From an uncultured Bacteroidales bacterium (lineage in GTDB: Bacteria; Bacteroidota; Bacteroidia; Bacteroidales; UBA932): a DNA stretch of 50,951 bases. A program made the translations under genes and the position numbers. The notes beneath the pieces are model-generated. The model saw only the letters and a list, made by a program, of their open reading frames with translations, was not told where the DNA came from and ran no database searches. Positions within the stretch are counted from its first letter, which is position 1. Every line of letters starts with the position of its first letter. The stretch is from assembly GCA_947305815.1 (NCBI GenBank), contig CAMZEI010000001.1:1-50951 (forward strand), read 5' to 3'. Shown one piece after another: positions 19,333-28,048 of the stretch.

Positions 19333-20540
19333 TGTTTATGAAAAATTCATTCAAACTTTTGGGCCTCGCGGCTGTAGCAGCCGTCGCCCTCGCAGCAGTT
19401 TCCTGCGAGCCTAAGGAGGAAATTGCAAAGAGCTACAACCTCACCGTTAAGGTAGTATTCCCCGAAGGTGTCACCGAGATGAGCGACATCGTCGTTGAAG
19501 CCGCCAAGGCAGGTGTCGTCACTCCCCTCGAGGTAGTCGTCGAAGGCGCTGCCGCAACTGCAACCGCAACCCTCACCCAGGGTGACTACAAGATCTCTGC
19601 AAGCGCTGTCGTGACCGCCAAGAAGAAGGCTGCCGGCGCCGCCGAGGTCTCCCTCTATGAGGATGCGGAAGTCGAAGTCGCCATGGGCGAGTTCGCAGTC
19701 TCCCCTATCATCATCAAGGCTGTCCAGTACACTCCCGGCAAGCAGGCTTACATCCAGCCCCTCAGCGACACCTGGATTGAGATCGTCAACAACTCCGACG
19801 AAGTCCAGTACCTCGACCAGATCATCCTCATCGGTGGTATGGGCCGTCAGAGCAAGCCCAATGCATGGCAGGCCAACGGTTACGAGAGCCTCTACGGCGG
19901 CGTAACCCAGAGCCCCGTTATCGCATTCCCTGGTAATGGTACCGATTATCCCCTCCAGCCCGGCCAGAGCGTTGTCATCGCTAACGCTCCCATCAACCAC
20001 CAGGCAGCTGGAGAAGGCTTCGAGAACTGCGCAGACCTCTCTCACGCAGACTGGGAGTTCTATGCATCCTACAATGCAAAGGATACCGACTATGAGGGCA
20101 TCCCCAACATGGAGCTCGTACACGTCCCCTACACCAGCCAGCTGAACTGGGGCCAGAACTTCTTCGCATGGGCCGGCCTTATCGCCAAGCTTCCCGAAGG
20201 TGTAACTCCTGCAGATTATGCTGCTAATGAGGAGAACCTCATGACCACCCCCGGGACCACTTCCAAGTACCAGTTCCTTATGATCCCCAGCGACTATGTA
20301 CTCGACGCTGTCGATGTCTGGGAGTCCGGCGCAGAGGAGCACTATCCTACCTTCCTCCCCATCGATGACGCAGAGGGTGTGCTCGGTCCCGATGCATGGT
20401 CCGGCATAGCTGTCCGCCGTAAGGTCACCAAGATCGAGAACGGCCGCGCCTACTACAAGGACACCAACAAGTCTTCCGCAGACTTCGTGGTTGAGAAGGT
20501 CGTCCCCGGTGCAGTACCTACCCAGGTTGATGCTGAATAA
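19332..20540 (+). CDS. Surface lipoprotein, DUF4876-like (partner of the TonB-dependent receptor)
   Basis: Lipobox AVSC; IEIVNNSDEVQYLD, FPGNGTDYPLQPG, ADLSHADWE and YKDTNKSSADF match the DUF4876 pattern. TAATG coupling to the receptor. Alternative start at 19338. Confidence 0.8.
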   Translation: MFMKNSFKLLGLAAVAAVALAAVSCEPKEEIAKSYNLTVKVVFPEGVTEMSDIVVEAAKAGVVTPLEVVVEGAAATATATLTQGDYKISASAVVTAKKKAAGAAEVSLYEDAEVEVAMGEFAVSPIIIKAVQYTPGKQAYIQPLSDTWIEIVNNSDEVQYLDQIILIGGMGRQSKPNAWQANGYESLYGGVTQSPVIAFPGNGTDYPLQPGQSVVIANAPINHQAAGEGFENCADLSHADWEFYASYNAKDTDYEGIPNMELVHVPYTSQLNWGQNFFAWAGLIAKLPEGVTPADYAANEENLMTTPGTTSKYQFLMIPSDYVLDAVDVWESGAEEHYPTFLPIDDAEGVLGPDAWSGIAVRRKVTKIENGRAYYKDTNKSSADFVVEKVVPGAVPTQVDAE

Positions 20541-22080
20541 TCTTCATAAGATTTGCGCAATGCTTCTCCTGCCGCTGCTTAGCCTGGCGGCAGGGGATGC
20601 CTTCGCGCAAGTATGGCACCAGGAGAGAGACAACGAAGTGCTCAACACCCGTAGCGGGAGCTCTTCGCCCGTTTCCCTCCAGTATAACCCCACCGCGAGC
20701 TGGAATGCCGCCTCAGCTGGGTGGAATGGCGAGAAAGGCGGCTTCCACCGTCCTGACAGACCGGCGGGCAAGAGCGAGCTCGACCTCTCCGTCTCGGAGC
20801 TTGGAGCTCACGGAGCCTTCCGCAGCGCCGGGTCCATACGCTACCGCAACACCAGGGACCTCTCCCGCAACTGGAACTCCCTGCTCGGCAACGATCCGGA
20901 CAATCCCTATGTAATATGCGACACGCTTGCTGACAACTCGCTGACAGAGCGTTTCGACATAGAGGGAGCCCTCAGCTGGGCTTTTGCATCCGGCTGGACC
21001 GCGGCAGGCAAGGCCGGCATCACTACTGCTACTCTGTCGGACAACAAGGACCCGCGTCCCAAGAACGACATTTCCAGGATTCCGTTCTCCCTGGGAGTGG
21101 AACACATTTTCTCAGACGGCTGGACTGCAGGCATCTACGCAGGAGCGGAGCTTTTCTTCTCACGCTTCACCAACTATTTGGAATACGGCCAGAAGGCCTA
21201 CCGCTACTACAAGATGAAGGGCATGGGCGATTTCTTCGCATTCAGCTCTTCGGAGAGCTCCAGCGCACCGCGCGAGTATGCCGGTACAACTTACAGCGCA
21301 GGCGCCAATTTAGGCCTGGACCGTAAGGACTTCTCCAACTTCACCGAGTTTGGATTCGAGAGCGGATACGAGAACGCACGCGACGGCGGCTCGGCCTACG
21401 AATGGAAGGCCGGCGACTACAGCTTCATGCAGCTAAGGCTGCTGGAGCGCATCGATTTCAAAGGCAGTCTGCGCCAGAGCATAACGCTCACTGCCGGCAT
21501 GAAAACCACAAGCGGCTACTGGTATGACCAGAAGGCTATGATAGATACCGAGCACGGAAACCTCGCGTACTACGAGATTAAGGCCAGGTACAAGAACAAC
21601 GCCTCCTCCCGCATCACCGCAGCCGCACAGTACCGCATAGGCATGGACAAATCCTGGAATGCAGGAGTCCTTGCACAGTTCAAATCTGAGAGCGCCACCC
21701 ATTACGCCGACGGCGATCCCCGCATACAGGCCTGGAACCAGCTAAAACTGGTTGCCGACGGGTGGAAGAGCTTCTTTTTCGGCGATCACACACTGGACAT
21801 CAGCGCATCCGCGGGATATATCATGACCCTGGGAGGGCCGCGGTATGCAACCGGCAACGCAGGTCTTCCCAAGGACGATATAACGGCCGTTTACGTCAGG
21901 CCGATATTTGAATACGAGACTGCCTCCAAGGCTTTGGCAAATCTCAGGGCCGACTGGGTAATGCCCGGCACAGGCAAGATCGGACTTCGTCCCGGCATAT
22001 TCGCCGGAGCATCAGTGCTGGCATCGACAAAAGGACAGTCATATTATGGTCTGTCAGCAGGTGCCTTTATAAAGTTTTAG
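20530..22080 (+). CDS. Outer-membrane beta-barrel protein, DUF6850-like
   Basis: Signal peptide, NPY...D and DPRPKN motifs, terminal Phe. Position after a DUF4876-like gene is typical. Confidence 0.7.
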   Translation: MLNNLHKICAMLLLPLLSLAAGDAFAQVWHQERDNEVLNTRSGSSSPVSLQYNPTASWNAASAGWNGEKGGFHRPDRPAGKSELDLSVSELGAHGAFRSAGSIRYRNTRDLSRNWNSLLGNDPDNPYVICDTLADNSLTERFDIEGALSWAFASGWTAAGKAGITTATLSDNKDPRPKNDISRIPFSLGVEHIFSDGWTAGIYAGAELFFSRFTNYLEYGQKAYRYYKMKGMGDFFAFSSSESSSAPREYAGTTYSAGANLGLDRKDFSNFTEFGFESGYENARDGGSAYEWKAGDYSFMQLRLLERIDFKGSLRQSITLTAGMKTTSGYWYDQKAMIDTEHGNLAYYEIKARYKNNASSRITAAAQYRIGMDKSWNAGVLAQFKSESATHYADGDPRIQAWNQLKLVADGWKSFFFGDHTLDISASAGYIMTLGGPRYATGNAGLPKDDITAVYVRPIFEYETASKALANLRADWVMPGTGKIGLRPGIFAGASVLASTKGQSYYGLSAGAFIKF

Positions 22081-22084
22081 ACGA

Positions 22085-23887
22085 ATGCATTTTAGACCGA
22101 CACTGGCAGGAATAGCTGCCATCCTTTTATTAGGCATATCCCTTTCCTGCTCGCACCGGGCAGGAATCGCCATTATTATAGACCCCGCTTCCGAGCGTGA
22201 AGCTGCAGCTGAGCTCGCGGCCTGGGAAGACGCCCTCCGTGGGGCTGACGGCTACACCGTGTACCGCCTTTGCGAGGATTGGGAGAGCCCGGATGCCATC
22301 AAGGCGCAGCTCAAGGACCTCTATAAGGAGGGCAAGATCTGCGGAGCTGTCTTTGTCGGTGACATCCCCATACCCATGGTCCGTGACGCTCAGTTCTTCA
22401 CCAGTGCGTTCAAGATGGACCAGACCCGTCCCCGCAAGGAGTCGAGTGTCCCCTCAGACCGCTTCTACGACGACTTCGACCTGGAGTTCGAATACCTTGG
22501 AAGCGAAGATGACGGAGATCCTTACTTCTACTACAGCCTGACTTCCGGAAGGGACATTCCCCTCGCTCCGGACATCTTCAGCGGCCGCATACGCCCTACC
22601 GATACCGAAGGCTCAACACGATATGAGAAGCTTCGCCTCTATCTCTCCAAGGCGGCGGCAGCACATCTGAGCCCGGAGAGACTTGACCATATATTTATAT
22701 TCAACGGTTCGGGCAGCATTGCAGAGAGCCGCCACGCTCACATGGACGAGCAGTTCTCCATGAGGGAACATTTCCCCTGGATGACTACCCTTCCCGGGGC
22801 GTTCGACTATATGGACAACAAGGACTTCGACCCCGTCAAGCCCCGCGTCAAGAACGAGCTGATGCGCCCCGAGCTCGACATCGCCATACTGCATCACCAC
22901 GGCGATTTCGACACCCAGTATTTCAAGATAAAGAAAGAGGACAACCTCACGCTTGAGGAATTCGGCCCCTTCCGTCCGGAAGCCAGACTTGTCCTCATGG
23001 ACGCCTGCTACAACGGGGCGTTCAACATGCCTGACTGCATTGCGAATGAATACATATTCCAGGAAGGCGGCACTCTGGTAGCCCTCGGCGGCTCTGTCAA
23101 CGTGCTGCAGGACAAGTGGCCCGACGAATTCCTCGGACTTGTAGCCCAGGGATACCCTGTAGGCGACATCAACCGCTTCTCTCCCTATCTGGAAATGCAT
23201 GTGGTCGGCGACCCTACCTTCCGCTTCAAAGAGGAGAAAGTCTGCCATTCGGCCGACAAGGAGTGCCTGAAAATACGTTACTCAGGCATGAGCGAGGAGA
23301 AACTCCTGAAGATACTCCGCAGCTCCCCCGTCTCTCTCGAGAGGCACGAGGCCTTCAATACGATTATCCGCACCTGCGCCCGTCCGGCAAAGCTCGAGGC
23401 CATACGGATTGCCCTCAGCGACAATTCCGAACAGGTCCAGCGCGAAGCCGTCAACTGCTTCGCTCCCATGGGCGACCCGGAGCTCATACCGCTCGTTGCC
23501 CGCATGGCGACCGACAACAATGTCTCTGCGCGCCTGCGCCAGAACACCTACGAGTCGCTGCAATTCTTCCCCAGGGAGGCTATGCTTGCAGCAATCACGG
23601 AGGCCCTTGACAGTCTTGCGCTCCAGAGCGCCGACACAAGCACTTTCGCAAAGGTGCGCAGCATAGCGCAGACCCGTTGCGGCAGCTGGGAAGACGATAT
23701 TGATAAACTGATCAGCGGCGAACTCAGCCCCAAATGGCAGATGTTCCTGTCGAGGTCTTTCCGTATCTATCTTCCTGCTTACCGGCTTCCCGAAGTACGC
23801 GATTTTGCGGATACCTGCTCAAACGAGACCCTGAGCGGTAACATCAAAGAGGCCATTGAATGGCATAGACTTGCATATACATATTAA
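22085..23887 (+). CDS. Lipoprotein with peptidase C25 (gingipain)-like N-domain and HEAT-like repeats, paralog 1
   Basis: Lipobox SLSC; GAVFVGDIP, SDRFY, PDIFSGRI, HHHG, DACYNG and VGDPT; helical-repeat C-terminus. Confidence 0.7.
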   Translation: MHFRPTLAGIAAILLLGISLSCSHRAGIAIIIDPASEREAAAELAAWEDALRGADGYTVYRLCEDWESPDAIKAQLKDLYKEGKICGAVFVGDIPIPMVRDAQFFTSAFKMDQTRPRKESSVPSDRFYDDFDLEFEYLGSEDDGDPYFYYSLTSGRDIPLAPDIFSGRIRPTDTEGSTRYEKLRLYLSKAAAAHLSPERLDHIFIFNGSGSIAESRHAHMDEQFSMREHFPWMTTLPGAFDYMDNKDFDPVKPRVKNELMRPELDIAILHHHGDFDTQYFKIKKEDNLTLEEFGPFRPEARLVLMDACYNGAFNMPDCIANEYIFQEGGTLVALGGSVNVLQDKWPDEFLGLVAQGYPVGDINRFSPYLEMHVVGDPTFRFKEEKVCHSADKECLKIRYSGMSEEKLLKILRSSPVSLERHEAFNTIIRTCARPAKLEAIRIALSDNSEQVQREAVNCFAPMGDPELIPLVARMATDNNVSARLRQNTYESLQFFPREAMLAAITEALDSLALQSADTSTFAKVRSIAQTRCGSWEDDIDKLISGELSPKWQMFLSRSFRIYLPAYRLPEVRDFADTCSNETLSGNIKEAIEWHRLAYTY

Positions 23888-23890
23888 GAC

Positions 23891-26053
23891 ATGAAATCAA
23901 TACGTTTATTTTTCGGCAGCCTTCTGCTCCTTGGCGCACTGAGTGCCTGCAGCGGAGAAGGTTTCGCCATTGTAATTGACCCTCAGAGCTACGAGCAAGC
24001 TAAAGAAGAGGTTGACGCCTACGCCGCAGCGATAGCTCAGGCCGACGGTTACAAAGTAGAAATCGTTGAAGACATCTGGGGCGTACCCGACAGTATCCGT
24101 GCCGTCCTGCAGGAGATGAGACTGCGCAGCTGCAACCCCATAGTGGGTGCGGTATTCGTGGGCGACATCCCTGTCCCCATGGTGCGCGGAGCACAGCACC
24201 TCGCCAGTGCATTCAAAATGGACGAGCAAAAGTATCCTCGCAAGAAGTCCTCTATACCTTCCGACAGGTTCTATGACGACTTCTCCCTGGAGTTCGACTA
24301 TATCGGGCATGACGAAGGCACTCCCCTGTTCTACTACAACCTCGCAGCAGAAGGGGCCCAGAGCCTCTCTCCGGACATCTTCTCCGGGCGCATTCGTCCC
24401 GTAGATGCTGACGGCAAAGTACGTATCGATGCCCTCAAGGCATTCCTCCTGAAGGCCGCTGATGCACGCCTCAATCCCCCTGTGATGGACCAGATGCTCT
24501 TCTTCAGCGGTCACGGCTACATCTCTGAGAGCAAGACTGCACGTCTGGACGAGAAGAGGGTATGGTTCGAGCACTTCCCTATGATCGACGATGGTCGCAA
24601 CCATATCAGCTACATAGATTACTCCGATGTAGTGCCGGTGAAGCCCCATCTGATGAACGAGCTCATGCGCTCCGATCTCAGCGTAGCAATGCTCCATCAT
24701 CACGGTGCCCCGGATACCGAGTATCTCAACGCCGTCGAGCGTCCCTACATGGTCCGCGACGCCAAGAAGTATATTATCAAGAACCTGCGTTCGCACATAT
24801 ACCGCTCAAAGCAGAGGGGCCGTGACTACAAGGCAAAACAGCGTGAGCTGCAGGCCGAGTTCGATGTGCCCGACAGCTGGTTCAAGGATGTCCTCAGCGA
24901 AGAGCTCCACCAGGCCGACTCGCTTGAGGAAGCATCCATGGATCTGTATATTGACGATTTTGCCGGCTACGGCTACAAGCCCCAGGCCAGGCTCGTCATT
25001 CTCGATGCCTGCTTCAACGGCTCTTTCCAGCTTGAGGACTGCATCGCAGACCAGTACATATTCCAGGAAGGCGGCACCGTGGCCGTGCAGGCCAACAGCG
25101 TCAACTCCCTGCAGGACAAGTGGCACGACCGCTTCTTCGGAATAGTTGCTCAGGGAGGATGCGCAGGTGACCTCGTGAGGTATGCTCCCTATATCGAATC
25201 GCACCTGATCGGCGACCCTACTTTCCGCTTCGCCTACGATGGTGCAAACCTTGACAAGATTATCCTTAAGGACAGCAAATGCGCATGGAAGCGCATGCTC
25301 CGCCGCGGCACCCCCGATCAGCAGGCTCTCGCTATCGAGCACCTGTACCGCAAGGGAGCCCTGTCTTCCGCAAAGCTTCTGGACATCTACAGCAGTTCTC
25401 CTTACGCTACCGTGAGGCTTGAAGCCCTCTGGTGCCTCACTCAGGAGCGCGGAGATGATTTCATCAAAGCAGTTGAGCTGGCTATGGGTGATGCTGACGA
25501 ATTCATACGCCGCATCGCCGTCAAGCTGGCAGGCAAGACCGGCGACGAGCGACTGATTCCCGGCCTCATAAAGGTTTTCCTCACCAACAACGCCACCTCC
25601 AGAATAGTATTCAACACCACCTATGCGCTGAATTCATTCAGTGAGGCTCCCCTGCTTGAGGAATTTGACGCTCAGATCGGGGATGTCCCCATGGTGAATG
25701 CAGAGGTGGAGACCGAGAGGCTGCGCAAGTCCCTCGTAAGGTCCGCAACCCGTTTCCTCGAGGACGAGCAGTCCATCTGGGCACCCGGGACAAGCACAAA
25801 GGAGCGTCGGGGCAATATTCGCCAGATTCGCTCCAACCTGTGCTTCGCCAATGTACCTGCACTGCTCGAGTACCTGCCTGTCTGCGACGATCCTGCAATG
25901 CAGATAACCCTGCTGGAAGCCCTCGGATGGCATCGCCTTGCATGGAATGCCGGGCAGATAGCCGATGCAGCCCTTGCTATCAGCGCCGACGAGGCATATC
26001 CTGAGGAAGTGAGGCGCGAAGCCCTCAAGACATACAACAGGATAGCTAAGTGA
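23891..26053 (+). CDS. Lipoprotein with peptidase C25 (gingipain)-like N-domain and HEAT-like repeats, paralog 2
   Basis: Lipobox LSAC; same motif series (GAVFVGDIP, SDRFY, PDIFSGRI, HHHG, DACFNG, IGDPT). HEAT-like segments VRLEAL, IRRIAV and VRREAL. Confidence 0.72.
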   Translation: MKSIRLFFGSLLLLGALSACSGEGFAIVIDPQSYEQAKEEVDAYAAAIAQADGYKVEIVEDIWGVPDSIRAVLQEMRLRSCNPIVGAVFVGDIPVPMVRGAQHLASAFKMDEQKYPRKKSSIPSDRFYDDFSLEFDYIGHDEGTPLFYYNLAAEGAQSLSPDIFSGRIRPVDADGKVRIDALKAFLLKAADARLNPPVMDQMLFFSGHGYISESKTARLDEKRVWFEHFPMIDDGRNHISYIDYSDVVPVKPHLMNELMRSDLSVAMLHHHGAPDTEYLNAVERPYMVRDAKKYIIKNLRSHIYRSKQRGRDYKAKQRELQAEFDVPDSWFKDVLSEELHQADSLEEASMDLYIDDFAGYGYKPQARLVILDACFNGSFQLEDCIADQYIFQEGGTVAVQANSVNSLQDKWHDRFFGIVAQGGCAGDLVRYAPYIESHLIGDPTFRFAYDGANLDKIILKDSKCAWKRMLRRGTPDQQALAIEHLYRKGALSSAKLLDIYSSSPYATVRLEALWCLTQERGDDFIKAVELAMGDADEFIRRIAVKLAGKTGDERLIPGLIKVFLTNNATSRIVFNTTYALNSFSEAPLLEEFDAQIGDVPMVNAEVETERLRKSLVRSATRFLEDEQSIWAPGTSTKERRGNIRQIRSNLCFANVPALLEYLPVCDDPAMQITLLEALGWHRLAWNAGQIADAALAISADEAYPEEVRREALKTYNRIAK

Positions 26054-27411
26054 AGCATACTGTCCTTACGTACCTGATGCTGGTCCTGCCCGTTCTTTTG
26101 AGCGGGCAGGACTTGCCACAGTACGTGGACAATTCTGCCAATAAATACTTCCCTCCCATAATAGACCAGAACGGAGGGTCCTGCGCCCAGGCATCCAGCA
26201 TAGGCTATGTGTTCACCTACGAGATGAACCGCCTTCTGGACAGGGACGCCTCCGAGAGCCCGGACAACCGCTTCAGCTACCAGTATATCTGGAATCTCGT
26301 CAATGACGGAATAGACCAGGGCGGCTTCGCCGAAGACGGCCTCTTTATAGCAATGCGCTCCGGAGCCATGACGGAGAGCGACTTCTCTACGCTTACAACC
26401 TCCCATTTCACCTGGCCTTCGGGCTTTGAGAAATACCGCAACGCCCTGAGATACAGGGTCACCAAGTTCGTTGAGATTCCCCGGGACGTGGATGCCATGA
26501 AGGCCTATCTGGCAGGCAGCGACGGCAAGCCGGGAGGAATACTCTCATTCTCCGGCAAATGCTACGGCTGGAATATGATGGGCAATTACTCAGGGCCGTC
26601 CGGTACTGGTTACAGCTCCCTTGTCACTACGCTCCCCTCCGATGGGGCACACGCCATGACGATAGTTGGATACGATGACCTTGTAAGCTTTACTGATGCT
26701 TCCGGGACGAGGCACGATGGGGCCTTCATAGTGGCCAACAGTTGGGGGCTATGGATGCATGACCGGGGCCGCTTCTATTATCCCTACGATTTCTTCGCTG
26801 ATGCAAGCGTACCTACTCAGGTATTGAGCGATAAGGCCGTCACAGCCGAAGTGCGCTTCCAGGAGCCCAGGATACTGTTCCGTCTGACTATTGATTATAC
26901 TTCACGCAACGACCTCGCTTACAGCATAGGCGCAACTGACAGAGTGACTGCCGGGATACCCGAGAATTACTATTTCCAGAGCGCTCTGAGCAACAAGGGA
27001 GGCGACCATTATATGAGAGGCACCTACGACAAGGAGCCGCTGGAGTTCGCCCTTGACCTTACGGACAACATCCCGTCGAACGACCCCGATTACTGCCGCT
27101 ATTTCCTCAAGATAGTGCGCTCAGCAAGGGGCAAGAAAGGTGAGGGCCGGCTGCTGGCTCTGTCCGTCATAGACTACCGCAGCGGGGTCCCGGTGGAGTA
27201 TAAGTACAAGGGAGAGCTCCCGATTGATATTAAAGACGGAGAGAACAGCTTCATTATCGGACTGATACCAAGGTACAACACCTCCTACTCTCCCGTGCGA
27301 CCCGGCACAGGAGAAGTAAAGCTTCGTGACCTGACTACCGGCGCGAAGGCCAGCGTAGAGCTGAGCCGCAAAGGTGCGCACGCAACTCTTAAATACTCCA
27401 TCACGCGATGA
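26050..27411 (+). CDS. Secreted papain-like (C1 family) cysteine peptidase
   Basis: DQNGGSCAQ (oxyanion Gln and catalytic Cys), HAMTIVGYDD (His) and ANSWG (Asn). Signal peptide. GTGA overlap with upstream gene. Confidence 0.85.
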   Translation: MKHTVLTYLMLVLPVLLSGQDLPQYVDNSANKYFPPIIDQNGGSCAQASSIGYVFTYEMNRLLDRDASESPDNRFSYQYIWNLVNDGIDQGGFAEDGLFIAMRSGAMTESDFSTLTTSHFTWPSGFEKYRNALRYRVTKFVEIPRDVDAMKAYLAGSDGKPGGILSFSGKCYGWNMMGNYSGPSGTGYSSLVTTLPSDGAHAMTIVGYDDLVSFTDASGTRHDGAFIVANSWGLWMHDRGRFYYPYDFFADASVPTQVLSDKAVTAEVRFQEPRILFRLTIDYTSRNDLAYSIGATDRVTAGIPENYYFQSALSNKGGDHYMRGTYDKEPLEFALDLTDNIPSNDPDYCRYFLKIVRSARGKKGEGRLLALSVIDYRSGVPVEYKYKGELPIDIKDGENSFIIGLIPRYNTSYSPVRPGTGEVKLRDLTTGAKASVELSRKGAHATLKYSITR

Positions 27412-27746
27412 AAAGGATACTCATACCGGTACTTTTGCTCTTCGCACTCGCGTCCTGCGACGGGCGCAGGGAGAGGGAGGCTGAGCCTGTAAGCGGCGAA
27501 GTGGAGTTCCTCATCATGAGCGGACAGTGGACCTACATCTCTCTGGGCGAAGGCAAGGTGCTTGGCAATGCGCCGGTCGGGGATGAAGATGCTGATGCGC
27601 TATGGGCAGCAAGGGATGACTGGGATATCGCAGTCTGCGACAGTCTGATACGCACCAACGGCGGCACCTCCGGCTACGGCGGCTGGACCGTCACCGACCC
27701 CACCACCGGAACCTCCCTCCCCGACTGCTACCAGGATATCTGGTAG
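27408..27746 (+). CDS. Short HmuY-like lipoprotein
   Basis: Lipobox LASC; WTYISL, DWDIA and IRTNGGTSG are characteristic of the HmuY family N-terminal half. Only 112 aa. Confidence 0.65.
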   Translation: MKRILIPVLLLFALASCDGRREREAEPVSGEVEFLIMSGQWTYISLGEGKVLGNAPVGDEDADALWAARDDWDIAVCDSLIRTNGGTSGYGGWTVTDPTTGTSLPDCYQDIW

Positions 27747-27785
27747 CTTCCCAGCCCAGCGCGTCGAAACGCCCTCGCACCTATA

Positions 27786-27812
27786 GTCATTCCGGGCCCC
27801 ACCCGGATTCTC
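27786..27812 (+). repeat. REP-like palindromic element, copy B (degenerate)
   Basis: GTCATTCCGGGCCCCACCCGGATTCTC, preceded by TATA. Confidence 0.75.
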
Positions 27813-27823
27813 ATTATACAACA

Positions 27824-27851
27824 AAACCGACAGGCGAGAACCTGTCGGTTT
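27824..27851 (-). terminator. Intrinsic terminator downstream of tRNA-Phe (possibly bidirectional)
   Basis: AAACCGACAGG-cgagaa-CCTGTCGGTTT perfect 11-bp stem with T-rich ends. Confidence 0.75.
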
Positions 27852-27854
27852 GTG

Positions 27855-27927
27855 TGGTGCTGGCGGGAGTTGAACCAGCGACACATGGATTTTCAGTCCA
27901 TTGCTCTACCACCTGAGCTACAGCACC
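27855..27927 (-). tRNA. tRNA-Phe (GAA)
   Basis: Reverse complement GGTGCTGTAGCTCAGGTGGTAGAGCAATGGACTGAAAATCCATGTGTCGCTGGTTCAACTCCCGCCAGCACCA folds as a cloverleaf with anticodon loop CTGAAAA. CCA is not encoded after the discriminator base. Confidence 0.96.
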
Positions 27928-27938
27928 GTTTGGGAATG

Positions 27939-27946
27939 CAAAGATA
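27939..27946 (-). promoter_or_regulatory. -7 box TATCTTTG(CA) of tRNA-Phe
   Basis: caaagata 12 nt upstream of the tRNA 5' end. Confidence 0.75.
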
Positions 27947-28048
27947 GACAAAATTGTCGAAGTCGCAAATATTTTTTATTTCCATAATTAGTTATAATTT
28001 CGTCTCTGCATCGGCCGCCTGGGCAATACCTCCGATGCCGCAATCTAA

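Noticed and set aside
27855..27927. tRNA-Phe as integration site for the upstream TonB/protease operon
   Set aside because: No integrase and no duplicated tRNA 3' end noticed; the operon's codon style resembles neighbouring genes.
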